Shown piece by piece: positions 12,221-24,970 of a stretch of 64,000 nt of DNA; position 1 is the stretch's first letter; every line of letters begins with the position of its first letter. Below the pieces are notes generated by a model. That model was given only the letters and a program-made list of their open reading frames with translations, was not told where the DNA came from and did not search any database. The position numbers were made by a program, and so were the translations under genes. The DNA lies in contig BFEA01000028.1 in NCBI GenBank assembly GCA_003427395.1, forward strand, positions 3,823,665-3,887,664, given 5' to 3'. The stretch comes from Chara braunii (lineage: Eukaryota > Plantae > Charophyceae).

Positions 12221-12792
12221 CTAACACTATTAACGGCGTTTTCGTTAAAAATAAATTGTTTTGTAAAAAGTGAACATAATGAAATTAACGAAGTAACCGA
12301 ACAAAAGGTAAATTGTAGAACAAAAAAAATAAGATTTTAATATTCCGACAAAGTGTAAACCTGGAGCAGAAAACTGTCCAAATGATTAATGAAAAAACAT
12401 TACATCGAATGCGAAGGAAAGAATTGTGAAATTTGTAAAACCCTTGACACATTCAAACAAAGAGCAACTCTCCAAAGTCCAAGTCTTAGACCTTAAGTTG
12501 CTTCAAACTATAAGAACGCCCTTCATATGGAGACCGTGGAAGGAAAATTTAATGCAAAAGTTCATTGACAATTATGTTAAAAGCAAAGCAGTGCCATTTA
12601 CATCAGCTCAATGGTGCGTCAGACTCTATGAACTCTTAAAATTATACATTGTCAAAATCTTCGTCAAAGTTGACTATAATTGAAATCAACTTCTAGGCAC
12701 TGCTAGATATCACTTCAAAACGATATTCTAAGGCTACTTGAATCAGATCTAAGTACGTAATGGACATATTAACACGATCTGCGTGATAAATT

Positions 12793-13458
12793 TCACGCTC
12801 TCCTCATGTGAATTGTCCAATCTTCTACAGTGCTCGTCTCATTGTGCCCATCGAACGTGGGGTCCTTGTACTCTACGTAAGTTTCAATGACTTCATACTC
12901 TCGCAACAGAAGACTTCGTAAATATGTAATCGTTGTATCCACGAGCCCATCCACGAGTGCTTTGAGCGACGGTTGGTCCATGATTCTCCTTCCAAATGCT
13001 TCCCGTCTTCGTCCGTCGATGTAAAGTGCATTGGATATGTTTGCACTTGTAAAATGATCGTTATGAATAAGAAAAGAAAGTTTGCAGCGCTCTTGGATAC
13101 TTGACGTTGCACAGTACAAGGTCATCACCTTGAAGTCGTTGTGGTAGAACTTCAATGCTGAATAGTACAATTCTGAATACGGTGTGAGCACTTCTCGCGG
13201 ATATTCTCTTGTTCCACAATACCTGCGACCACAAATATACAAACATTGTCGAGGATAATGCTCCCAACAATCCGGTGCGACATCCACACCTCTGACACTG
13301 AGTACTGCACCCTCGAAAACCACTTCAGGTGTAAAAAAGATAGACCCCATATCATGCCATACATTTCTGCCCCACACCATATTGTTTGGCGGCCATCCAG
13401 TCGTTGAATGAACCATTCTGCAACACATGAAATACAGAAACAGTAAAAGGCAAGCCAA
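12793..13458 (-). CDS. Orphan ORF of unknown function inside the transposon
   Basis: 221-codon ORF of globular composition downstream of the transposase; no domain recognised; the true start may be spliced (cag|aatggtt near 13415). Confidence 0.4.
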   Translation of the reverse strand: MACLLLFLYFMCCRMVHSTTGWPPNNMVWGRNVWHDMGSIFFTPEVVFEGAVLSVRGVDVAPDCWEHYPRQCLYICGRRYCGTREYPREVLTPYSELYYSALKFYHNDFKVMTLYCATSSIQERCKLSFLIHNDHFTSANISNALYIDGRRREAFGRRIMDQPSLKALVDGLVDTTITYLRSLLLREYEVIETYVEYKDPTFDGHNETSTVEDWTIHMRRA

Positions 13459-13559
13459 TGATATATAGTTTAACTATATATGAATGGAAGCTCAATGACA
13501 AGTAAATGGTACACCAACACGCACGAAATGAGGCATTCTCAGCGACTTATCCTATTGGT

Positions 13560-15869
13560 TTTCATCATCTGGAAGTGAAAGACATGCCACGACTTTCTCT
13601 CTGACCGATTTGAGAATGTGCACTCCATTTTTCAAATGCAACGTCCTTGATGATCAGCTCTACAAAACACAGTTCACGTGCTGCCACTGCTGTGCTGTTG
13701 TGCTGTCTTTCTTCTATATCTTCTTCCATGCATTTACATATTGCAGAGAAAGACTTTTAACGACAGGTTGTGACACCCAATATTCAATAAGAACATGATT
13801 GAAGGCAGGCGACTTCCTATCGTTGTCAATATTAGAAATGACTCTACCCATCCACACGGTAACTTCCTGATCGATATCATCTTGTGAAGGACGCAAGAGA
13901 ACGAATTAACCCTTTTCGACATCCACAACCGGGTCGAGCTCTGCTTTGGGACGTTCATTGGCTGACCCAACAAACAACGGCTCCTTATTCTCATTGCTCT
14001 GCAAGAGGAAGACAATATCAATATCCTCAGCATCGTCGTTCGTAATTCTGTCCCGCGAGGGCCAAAAGCCAGCCTTGAGTGATGTTTTCGCAAAGCCAGA
14101 CCCATAATTTTGTTCGATTCTGTCCAGAAAAGTTTTTTAGTGTGAAAGAGCACTCTCCTTTGAGAAGCTAACCTCATCTTTCATTCCCAACCACTCGTGT
14201 CACTTGTTTTCCAACCACTCAGCAAACGTCTTCACGCCTTCAATTCCTGATTTGAAATCCGAATTCTTATCCTTAGCGGGTTGACCACGTGATGTTTCTG
14301 TAACAGGTCGAACAGGTGAAGGCTCGAATGACCATTCGGGTCCATCATATGCTTTATTTTCATCTCGTTTAAAGCAATAGACCGGGGAAGACCAATGCGG
14401 AGAAGTGCAAAATTCTTTCCACTGGAACACACGATTGTCATCCTTCATATAAAACCTAAATAAATGTGGCTTTGTATGACCGGTCAGTCTGTTGACCAGG
14501 AAGGGCTTAACAGCTCCCCGCCAGTCAGCAATTTCATCTATGAATGTGCACAAAGGACGCTCGTTTTGGGAACTGGCAACGAGTTTGAACAAGTCGAGCA
14601 TGGTATAAGCATCGTGCATTTTCAGTTTGCGAGAGAAATGACTGAAAGTGGCATCAACGTCCGTATGTGTATGTCCTACCAACATAAAACCGAATTCGAC
14701 TTCTTTGAAGAAACAAAATTTCACCAAAGCTGCGGCCAAAGACAAAACGTATTTGTTTTTGTTTTCTCTCCAGCAGTTGTCGGCTTGTATCCTCAATTTA
14801 GGAGGTAAGTCGTTTGTCGCCTGTATGTCACGCAGAACTTTCATAACGGATGGCACCACAACATTGGAATCATGTGGATAGCAAGGGTACCATGTGTGAA
14901 CATGCACCGATGGTGAACGACCGTGTGCGATAATAGCTATTAAATTTGTTTTCATCATTGGAATATTTGAGAATGCCTTCGACTTGTTTTCTCCGTGAAG
15001 TGTGGAATACTCGTCTTGCCTTGGTCCATACCGTCAATAATGATGCATAAACTGTTGGAACCTGGTCTCTTCGACTCATCCTTCCACACCTCATAACAAG
15101 CACGGTGTTGGAGCTACAAGTCCAAGTGTCTGTCGCGTTCCGAAACGAAATAATTACGCACACGTACGAACTTAGCAGAATTGATAGATTCTTTGAACTC
15201 AACACACTTCTCGCATTTCGCAAAGTTTTGATCAACTTCATGAAATTTCACATGCCAGAAGTGTGTTCTCCACATGTTATAGAAAACTTGGAGAGAAACA
15301 GAAGGGACACCCAGGTTGTCAAATTGTGACTTCAACAACTTATAAATGTCAACCTTGTTATAGCAAGCAGGCAATCTCAAAACCACTCGTGATTCTCCAT
15401 CTTTGATCCTCATGTCATTGGGCATGGAATCTCCATTGTCACACACAAAGGAGCTTAGTTTGCCGAACATCGTCGCATATGTTGCAGATGTGCATCTGAG
15501 TCCAGTGCTGCCATGCTCCGGCATAATGTAACCTTTTGATAAAGTCACCCTCTTTTTCAAAAATGTATTCCTGCACACACCCAGTATGAAACACCATGCA
15601 CTAATGCACACATTTCTTTTTCCCACGGTAGGTTGCACAATCTCTTTCTCATCTTCCACGAAGGTGAACCTCTTTAACGTTTCAACCCACCATGCATCTC
15701 TACTTTTGTGATCCTTACAGTAATATGCACTCCGGACAGCTTTGATGTCTTCCATGGTCATGCGAGCGCAACANTCTTGTTTACAACAAACTTGTCCGCG
15801 CACACTCGCCAGTGTTTTTTTGGTGAGCTTTCTGTGAACTGTTTGCAGAATCTTCTTTGACCGAGGCAT
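13560..15869 (-). pseudogene. Sola-like DDD transposase (DUF7869-type motifs), disrupted by stops and frameshifts
   Basis: ATG 15869 (MPRSKK); Cys-rich N-terminus (CCKQxCC, VCISAW, FAKCEKC); catalytic-type motifs IIIDGMDQGK (~15020-15045), LRIQADNCWRENKNK and GHTHTDVDATFS; TAG at 15114-15116, frameshift near 14980, stop at 14200. Confidence 0.8.
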
Positions 15870-16620
15870 TCTGGTCGAACTCGACAGTGGTAAATGTCGA
15901 AGCGAACTCGACAATGGCCAGGGGTCGTCGTCGTGCCGGACTCGACAACGGCCTTTGGTCATTGTCGAATCGAACTCGATAATGGCCCGGGGACGTCGTC
16001 GAGACGGATTCGACAATGACCTGTGGTCATTATCCAGTCGGAAACGACAAAGGACACGAGTTATTGTAGAGATGGAATACATGACAGCCTGGGGTCACCG
16101 TCGAGTAGGATTCGACAATGGCCAGGCCGTCGCCATCAGTCGTCGAGTCGAACACGACGGCAGGGAAGCGCCAAAGCCTTCGGCCACTGTCGAGTTGGAC
16201 TCGACGATGACCCTTGGGCGTCGTCGATTTCGTCTCTGCATTGTCGAGTCCGACCCGACGATGAACCCAGGCCGTCGAGTCGAACTCGATGGTGGCCCAG
16301 CGCCAAGTCGTACGACCGACGTCGAGTCGAACTCGACAAATGCCCGGGGCCGTTGTCGAGTCCAACTCGATGACCACCGTCCGTTGTCGAGTTCGACTCG
16401 ACAATGGCCATATGACTTGCCGCTGCCGATGTGTTGGACTCGATGGCCCCATGCTGGCCGCTTTCGAGTTCTACTCGACGACGGCGTGCTGGCCATTGTC
16501 GAGTACGACTCGACGGTGGCAAGCCGGCCGGCGTCGAGACAAGCTTTACGAACTCGTCCGCTGGCAAGAGCCAAGGCCTCTGGCCATCCATTTGAGCTTC
16601 TCGATTGTCCGTCAACGGCC
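15870..16620. repeat. Degenerate TCGA-rich tandem array directly upstream of the transposase ATG
   Basis: Recurrent (t/c)gtcgagtcgaactcgac(a/g)atggcc units of roughly 30-45 bp. Confidence 0.85.
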
Positions 16621-16817
16621 TCGTCGCGAGGAACGAGACGATGGATAGCCGCCGAATGAATTTGTCGTTTTGTGTGTTTTCTCCTTCTGTTTTGGGACTT
16701 CGCAATGCCTAGTTGTTGTGTGTAACTGCGATGGCTCCTCGGTGTGTGAGCGCGTTCGACCTTAGCAATGGCTCCCTGTTGTGGTTGTCAATCGTCTGAG
16801 TGTGTAGGACGTTTGCG

Positions 16818-17590
16818 ATGGCTCACGGCTTCGATTACTCGTTCCCTTTGAATGTTAGCGTAAGGTACCTGCGAGGTTCAAGGCGGGAGACAACTATACT
16901 TGGGGCCCGTAGAGAAGACTTCGACACAGACCCTTGGATGAGCGTTATGCCCTTGCTTGAAAAACCCTTCGATGCATGGTCCGAATTGGACTGGGATAAC
17001 ACAATGAAAGACTGCCCTTGGGCATCTGATTATCGACTAGCATCCAGCCAGGAATGGGGGACATTCATCTTCCTCGACCTCATCCTCGTGACGAAACACA
17101 CGTCGGTGTTGTCTGCGGCATTTCGTACCCGAGACCGGTCTTTGTCGTTGATCGCGCACAATGTGTCGTGTCCACCGCGCTTGTGGTGGGGACCATCGAT
17201 GAAGATGGAGTTGCTCGACTGCGCAAAACAGAACCAGTTTTTAGAGGAATATCCCCTTCCTTTCCAGGACAACTTGACGGGAGTGTGTCGTACTTCTGCG
17301 TACATGTTGATCTCTGTCGTTTCTCTTTCGCTAGAGTTCTTTATGTTTCGGTAAGAAATAGAAGTAAGACTTCAGCGAAAGCAAGTATTTACGTGTCCAG
17401 GAACGAGCTCATCGTTGACGGGGACTCGATTATGTTAACGCATGGTTGGAGGAACGGTAGGTTTGACGTGAAACTGGCGGGGCAGGTCGATACACCCCGA
17501 CATTGGGAGGAGGTCAAGGAGTACGTGAAGGTCATTAGAGACGCCATCGGTCGAACTTTAGCGAGATCATGTGGTTTCGTCCGTCCATGA
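16818..17590 (+). pseudogene. Second orphan ORF inside the transposon, probably frameshifted or spliced near 17345
   Basis: MAHGFDYSF... frame to 17354 then VRNRSK...GFVRP to 17590; protein-like composition, no domain recognised. Confidence 0.35.
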
Positions 17591-18279
17591 TACGTGTCTT
17601 GCTTCTCCTCCACTGCAACCCTGTGCAGTCCACAGCTCCTGACGTACGGTTCATCCCTGAACGCAGTGTACGGTTTCGGGGCGGAAGGATAGGCGAGGTC
17701 GAGGGGGAGGTCATGTGAGATGAACAGTGTAGGACATGTCAGCTATTCAGTTGTTCAACAAAAGTGACACCTAAGACTGTGTATGCGTGCGAGCATTGAG
17801 TTTGATGTGAGCTTGTCGACGTCGGTTTAACCTCTCTCTCTCTTTCTCTCTCTTATGTGTGCGTGTGTGTGCTTATTGATCGGTGGAGCGTACTGTTAGT
17901 CGCTCGTTGCGGGTGCCGGTTGCCGGCCTTGCCAATTGAATGCCTCGAATTGATGATGGATGTAGGCTTCCAATTGATGTGCCTTGATTGGTGTGCCTTG
18001 TTCGTGACACCGCTTCCTATTCAGCGAAAGATGAACAGTGTGAGAAATGTGGGCCATTCATCAACAGTGTGGACTGAGACTGTGTATGTTATGAAAGCAA
18101 TGGGTTTGATGTGAAATTGTCGATGCCGGGTTTCGATCCTTCTGCTTTGTTTGATGTGACTTTTAGCTACACCGCTCCTGTGTTCTGTTTGTCTGCTTTT
18201 GGATACGCCGTCCCGTTCCCGTGTTCTGTTTGCCGGCCCGGTCGTGTCGAGCTGTCGCGCTGGCCCCCCACGTTTGAGT

Positions 18280-18990
18280 CGAACTCGATGGAATCGACCT
18301 CCATCGAGTCGATCTCGATCGAGTCGAACACGATCGAGTCGAACACGATCACCTGGGCTCACGATTGGATCCAACAGAATCGTCTGGACTCACGATCGGC
18401 TGTACTCACGATCGCTTGGACTCACGATCGTGTCCGACTTGATTATGATCGACTCGATGTGGACTCACGATCGTCTGTAGTCACGATCGCCTGTACTCAC
18501 GATCGTGTCTAACACGATCCAACACGATCGGATCCAACACGAATCGACCTCCATCGTGGCTTATCGTGTTCGACTCAATCGTGTCCGACTCGATTATGAT
18601 CGACTCGATCGCGTTCGACACGATGGTGTTCGACTCGATCGAGTCGAGCACGATCGAGTCGAGCACGATCGAGTCGAGCATGATCGTGTCAAACTCGATC
18701 GAGTCGAACACGATCGCCTGGACTCACGATCGACTCGAAAACGATTGAGTCGAACACGATCGAGTCGAACGCGATAGAGTCGATCACGATCGAGTCGAAC
18801 ACGATCGAGTCGAGCACGATCGAGTCGAACACGATCGAGTCGATCATAATCGAGTCAGACACGATCAAGTCGAACACAATAAGCCTGGACTCATGATCGA
18901 GTCGAACACGATCGAGCTGGCCTATCACTCTCGCGCCGAACGAGATCGTGTTGACCACGGGCACGATCACGATCGAGTTGAACACGATCG
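18280..18990. repeat. 15-bp tandem array (CGATCGAGTCGAACA), partly inverted, upstream of the large cargo ORF
   Basis: Many consecutive cgatcgagtcgaaca units (IESNT/FDSIV translations); reverse-oriented units at ~18560-18640. Confidence 0.9.
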
Positions 18991-19136
18991 AGGCAGCCTC
19001 GTCACTAAGGAGATGCTGCCTTATCACTATCTGGAACTTTTCTGCTCCTCGTGCCATGCCAACGTTGTGCGCCTTCTGATTTTTTGCTTCGCGGTGATGT
19101 GTTGTGTTGCTTTCAGATTAGGCAGCGCTACAAAAC

Positions 19137-22100
19137 ATGGAAGGAGAGGGGAAGGCAAGTAAACGACGAGCAAGTAAGAATTCAGGAAGCATGGAACAAT
19201 CTCCGAAAAAATCGAAGGGGACGCCGGCCGCAGGGGATGGGAGTCTGGAGGCACCGGGGTCTAAGCGGCAACGCACCTCGGTTTCGAGGGGTGCACCTTC
19301 CACGGGCACTCCGTCGACTCGTGTTCGGGGCTCTGGACCGGATAAGGCTGTGTTGATGACTGTCGGGCCTGAGGGTCAGGAACGTGTGCCTGGTCCACAG
19401 CAGGGGAGATCTGCAGTGGAGGTTATGCCCGGACGCAAACCGTCTGGAGAACGTAAACCGTCTGGCGAAAGTAAACCGTCTAGTGAAACGACTGCCGCGG
19501 GTCGGCGAGACGATGTTCCCGTGATTGACCACAAGGACAAGTTCTGGATGTTGGACTGGGTGGGGGAGACCGGACAACCATCGAGTGACCTTGTTCTATA
19601 CGTGGTCATCAAAATGTGCCGGTTGGCGGCCTGGTGAGGTGGACTGGGCAAAATGTGCCGTTTGCAACTTTCGAGTTGACGATGGTCCTGAATGGAAGAG
19701 GGGAAAAAATACCAAACATTAAACACGTCGCTCTTCGATGGGCCAAACACGCGGGGTTTGGAAAGTCGCTGGTTGATGTGTTCAACCCACCAGGGACATT
19801 GGAAGTGAAGTTGCCTAAGCTCGTTGACGTCCTCGGGTTTTTCGACAGTAATGTGATCGCGTGCAGAGAGCCGGTTGTGCATCCAGAGGACCGCATATCA
19901 GAGCCTAAATGCGTGCTTTCGAGAACCGTGGAAACAGGGCCTTCGATCACGATCCGCGATACCCCGCCTGGTCCGAAAGCTGGGCAGATAGGAGAGAAGG
20001 GTCCGTGCCGCGGACTGGTCGTACCGTCAGCCCCTATGAAGACCAGGCCAACGACGACCAAAACACCAGTTGCCTTGGGCAGCCGATCGCGCTATGATGT
20101 GGCCACCAAGGGACATCTCCCCTTGGTGGGCCAGCAGCGCTATGACTACACTGTGTCGGGCCTCGTAGAGGAAGTCCATGAGTATTTTGAAGATGAGGAT
20201 GAAGAGAACAACGAGGAATATTCGGAACGAGCAGGAGGAGAGGAACAGTACGCTGCGGGTATCGGGGGCATGACAAGGCATCCAGGAGAGACATGTAAAG
20301 TGGTTGGACAGGATGAAGACAGTGAACACACTGTGAGCACATCTGGTGGGGAGGTTGGTCTGGCAGGAGGATATGGGAGCAGCTACGAAGTATATGAGGG
20401 GGATGTGCACGCGACAATGGCTGTGGCTGGGCATACAGATGCTGCAGGGCTCGCTGAGCGAAAGAGGAAGCACAGGCGGGAGAGAAAAAGTCTTATGGAT
20501 AATAAACGGAGTAGGCAAGAAGCGAGTGAAAAAAGACGATTGAAAAAGCAGCTGCGAAGAAAAAGCAGCAGCCAAAGAAAATAAAGGCAAAAGGTGGTGT
20601 TATGGAAAAGACTTCTGTTTTTCCAGCGGAACAACCACAATCGGATGAAGAGGCCAAAGGTAAGACAGTTACTAGGCCGCCAAGTTTGCGAAATGTGCCA
20701 TCAATGACTTCTTCTGGTGTTCTTAGCAAAGGTTTTTTCCTTGAGTTGGACGAGCATGGGAACCAATGTCTAGACATGGAATTCATTTCTGTCCAGTTCG
20801 ACAGAATTCTGGATATCCCCAACGGGGAATTCAGATACAATCAACGCTATCTTGTGCAACAGACGGTTGACGACATTTATGACGCAATGATTGCATCGGG
20901 TGAGGCTGCTATGAGAGAGAGAATGACTGGAGCTGCCGGTGTGAATGTCTGTACGTTGTATGAGAAGCCTGTCCTTTTGTTGGTTGCCCTCCGTGATACA
21001 TTGCATACTGACGCTTTATGGAAGATTGTGAGAGCAAGGAGAGTGTTGCCCGATGATTTCGATATCGAATCTGTGAACAAGTACTACTACTACCCTCTTA
21101 GCGGTCAGCATAACGTGGCGGCGGCAAGAAGGTGTTTTGTTGAACGCCCTGACATCGCACAAGAGCTCCGATTGGATCGCTGGACTGCGAGGCCTGTTTA
21201 TTATCCGGATAAGAGCATGGACAATTACGGCATGCTGAGCACTTTCCAGAGCTCCAAGGACAAATGGAATACCCCACCGCACCAGAACGTGGTCGTCCAG
21301 AACGTACGGAAGTTGTGGCACGAGTCGAACTGTCCTGAAGCTAAAGGCGGCTTAGCGACAAAAGTGAAAAATGCAGAGTATAGAAAGTTTGCGGGAGAGG
21401 TTCTTCGTTTGACCGGGATTCGTAATTTGATTGAGATGTCCCTTACTACTTAGTGGAGCGGCCAGTGGTCTGACGCCCTCGGGCCCTACATGTTGTTGGC
21501 AAGGGCGACAGATGACGTTTTCGAAAAGGTGAAACAAGTGTACGCCGCTTGGGAAGCTGGACAATTGTCGGGGAGAGATGTTGTGAAGCCTGCTACCAAA
21601 CAAGGTGAATCAGGGAAGGCACCGAGGGCTGGACCCGGATTTGAGTTGAAAGGTAGAGTTAGGTATTCGGTTCACTGGGTTCAGGGTACCAAAGGACCTG
21701 GTTACCTCGTGGCTGTACACGATCCGGATATCAAAGCGTGGAAGTGTTTTTCAGCGCTTGGGAGGCGTGAGTGGCTGCAACTGTTGCGAAACATTCTCAC
21801 AGACAGTGTGATACTGACTCCTAAGCGAAGTGGAGCTGCTGAACGTGCCGGAAAACATTCAACGGAAACATATGTGGAAATGGTGAAGATTGAAAGAGCA
21901 ATGTTGAGGATGTTTCACTACTTCGTCTTCATTGCTGACCCTCACAGGAAGTCGTCAGAGTGGACGGAACCATTCTTCAACAACCTTTCCGATTTGTTTG
22001 ATAAGTACTCTGATGAAGGATTGACGTCCGAGAGGTGGATCGACCAGCGTCGCCATTTCAAAGAGATGAGTTGGGTGCGAACGTTCCCGGCTACACTTGG

Positions 22101-24970
22101 AGGAGAGGAGGAAAAAGGAAAAGAGGGCTTCAAGAAAACAGCGTCACTTGCTGCGAAGTGCCCCCAAGAGTTCGTGCAGTTTATCAACAAGCTGCTGCGC
22201 AGATCAGAAACCAGGGGTTCGAAAAGTATAAGAATGTCGGGCTCGGCGCAATATATACATTTAAAAAAACAGAATGTGAACTCTGTTTTCGTCCCATTCC
22301 AACGGGAACCAAACGATATTTCAAACGAGATGGATTCCAAGAAAATATATAGAGTCGTAAAACATCTGTGTTGCCACACGGCCGTGCTGGATTTATGTCA
22401 CCCAACCCAGATAAGGGTGTGGACTGAAGAAGTCTTTGATGGTCTGCGTAAGTTCATGGGAAAATTGGCTGGTGATTATTGGACATTATTGTGCTTCGTT
22501 CCGCGGTCTTGCGAGTATACATTTTTCAAGCGAGTTACAAGTTGGGAGATTGACATTCACTTGTCTATTCTAAAGTAGACTCGTCAGCTACAAACGAAGG
22601 CGAAGCATTTATATAAGGTTGCGAACTTGCCTTTGGAGGACACATACATAATGGCTGTCATCATGTACTCCAACGATGGGGACTATCACCGCAACACTAT
22701 TCCCTTGCTTGAAGACATTCCAGCAAGCACTCGAGAAGAACTTCACGCTCACGAAGTTGAAAAGGGCAGGTATGGAGCCAAGGGAGAAATTGGTGTACGA
22801 AGGTATGGAAAGGGAGCCAAATGCGATGGTGGAGACATTGGAGCATTTTTGTCCTGCGGATGAGGCGATTGTTTTCATGGGAAAAGGCCATGCGGCGTTG
22901 ATTTGGGAGTTGTTAAAGAGTCACCTTCATTGCATTATTCTGGAAGGGGAGGGTATAAAGTTCAAGTTTCTCGTTCAATTCGTCACCAAGATGGTCAAGA
23001 GTGGACTTTACCTCGCCAAATTTGTTAAGCCGCCTCGTCGACATGATGAAAAGCGTGATCTCGTCTACAAAGTCGGCAAAAACATCGTCAACATTTGGGA
23101 GTTATTTTTCGAGACTAAGCCAAAAAACAGAGGGGAACGTGTATATGTCGTCAAAAGGCGAAAAATGAAATTACTTCTGAGGGGGTATCATAAGGCACCG
23201 GCGGAGACGGAAGTTGCATTTCTAGACCGTTTGGAGATGATGTACTTCGACGAACAAATTGGGGCGTTTACAATCGCAGCTTATGCAACTTGTTTTGGGG
23301 AAGGCTTCGATGCTGAGGACTCAGAGGAAGAAAGTGAAGATGGTACTTTGCAAGCGGCTTTGGCAGATGAGAGGCAAAAAGCTTGTAGCTCAGCTTCGCA
23401 GAAGATGGGTGCGCCAGGCACATCGTCCGGTTCTGGGGGGGCTTCGAGTATGGCAGTTACAACGGACCAGTTTCCACGGACCAATTACATGGCGGGCAAC
23501 ACAACAGCGCTATCTTTCGGCGCAGTTCGGGATGATCCGAGGCTGCAGGCAATTCTCTCCCAGAGGTTATGGCAAGTCTGTCAACACTTGCACATAGCCC
23601 GGCTACTGTTTTGGAATTGCTACGCTCTCAAACTTCTCAACCACCTCCGTCTGAGCCTTTGGAGTACGAGATTGAAGACATAATCCCTCCGGACTTTGCA
23701 CGGCTTCCTGGACCTATTGTGTGCTGGGACGATTATACGGTGATGCCTGACAACGTATGGGGTCATCACATTATATGGCACCCCCACCACTTCCAACCTG
23801 CATTGGCGAGAGAGAACTGGGTAATGGCTATAAAAGAAGAAGGGGAGTGACAATTTTGCCTCCACAAACGATGTCACGATCCAAGTTTGTCGCACACGCC
23901 AAAAATGAGATTGGCAAGCGACTACTGCGACTTAATCCGAAGGTTTCTCAATCAAGACTGGAAGCAAGGACATAAGAAATTTTTGAGGAGTTCAAAACAT
24001 CTCGATGGCTTGAGTATCTGAAAGAGTTCTATGATCGAGAAACAAGTTCAACTTTTGGATATAATTGGCGTATCGAAGAGGAACTTGAAGACAAAGTTGG
24101 GGAAAGGAAAGGAGCGAGCGGCGATGAGAGTGGCAAGGGATCAGGATCAGGCGGCGGTGCGCTTGGCAAGGGAACAAGGTCAAGTGGTGGTGAACATGGC
24201 AAGGGATCGGAACCACTGGGCGGTGCCAGTGGCAAGGGCCTGGGACCGAGCGTCGGTGCAAGTGGAAAGCCAATAAGTCATGGTGAACTGCAAAAATACG
24301 AAATGTGTCAAGGACGTCAAGCAACAAAGGGAAAGGTATCAGGGCCAAGCGGCGGTGCACATGACAAGGGATCGGGTTCGCCTCTGGGATTAGGACCAAG
24401 CAGCGGTGCACATTGCAGGGGATCGGGTTCGCATCTGGGACTAGGACCAAGCGGCAGTGCACATGGCAGGGGATCGAGAGGCGATGCAAGTGACCAGGAT
24501 TTGGGAGGAAGCGGCGGTGTAAGCGTCAAGGGCGTAAGTCATGGAGAACTGCCGAAATGTGTCGAGGACGTCCTTCCGGATGACCAAGTTTGGGCGACCA
24601 CTGTGTTGGCGAGCGAGAGTGTTACTGCACAAGTGGATAATACTGGTGCACTTGCAGAATTAGAGATGCCATTGGATATGCCAACTGAGAAAGATAAACA
24701 TGAAGTCTCTCTGGACATGAAGAATGAAAGCGTGACTGCAGGTGCGAACGAAACTGCCAATGTACAGGCCATCGAAGAGGATGAAGGACATATAGTACTA
24801 AGTACACGGGAGCAACATACGCTTGTACAACCTGAACTTATGGTTGCAAAATCAGAAGCACAACAGTCTGCTAACCTCGTGATATCTATCGACGAATCTC
24901 CTTTTACACCATCGCATAGTGCGATAGAAGATTGTGTTGAAGACAAAGTGTTAGTGAACCACCGAGGTGA
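19137..24970 (+). pseudogene. Large disrupted cargo ORF (~1,900 codons) with ParB/Srx-like and beta-class amino-methyltransferase-like segments
   Basis: Abutting ORFs 19137-19637, 19616-20584, 20602-21453, 21490-22578, 22627-22863, 22676-23683, 23569-23850 and 24303 onward join by single stops or frameshifts. ParB-like: QRYLVQQTVDDIYDAM...KPVLLLV...YYYYPLSGQHNVAAARR. MTase-like: EREPNAMVETLEHFCPADEAIVFMGKGH...LHCIILEGE. Domain calls are by eye. Confidence 0.6.

Noticed and set aside
12225-12229. CACTA terminus for the large transposon
   Set aside because: No TAGTG at the right end; CACT belongs to the U2 retrocopy TSD; the transposase motifs are not CACTA-type.
15955-19057. Repetitive ORFs (VESNST, IESNT, DRVRL) over the two arrays
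   Set aside because: Open in several frames on both strands because the repeats lack stop codons; no evidence of coding.
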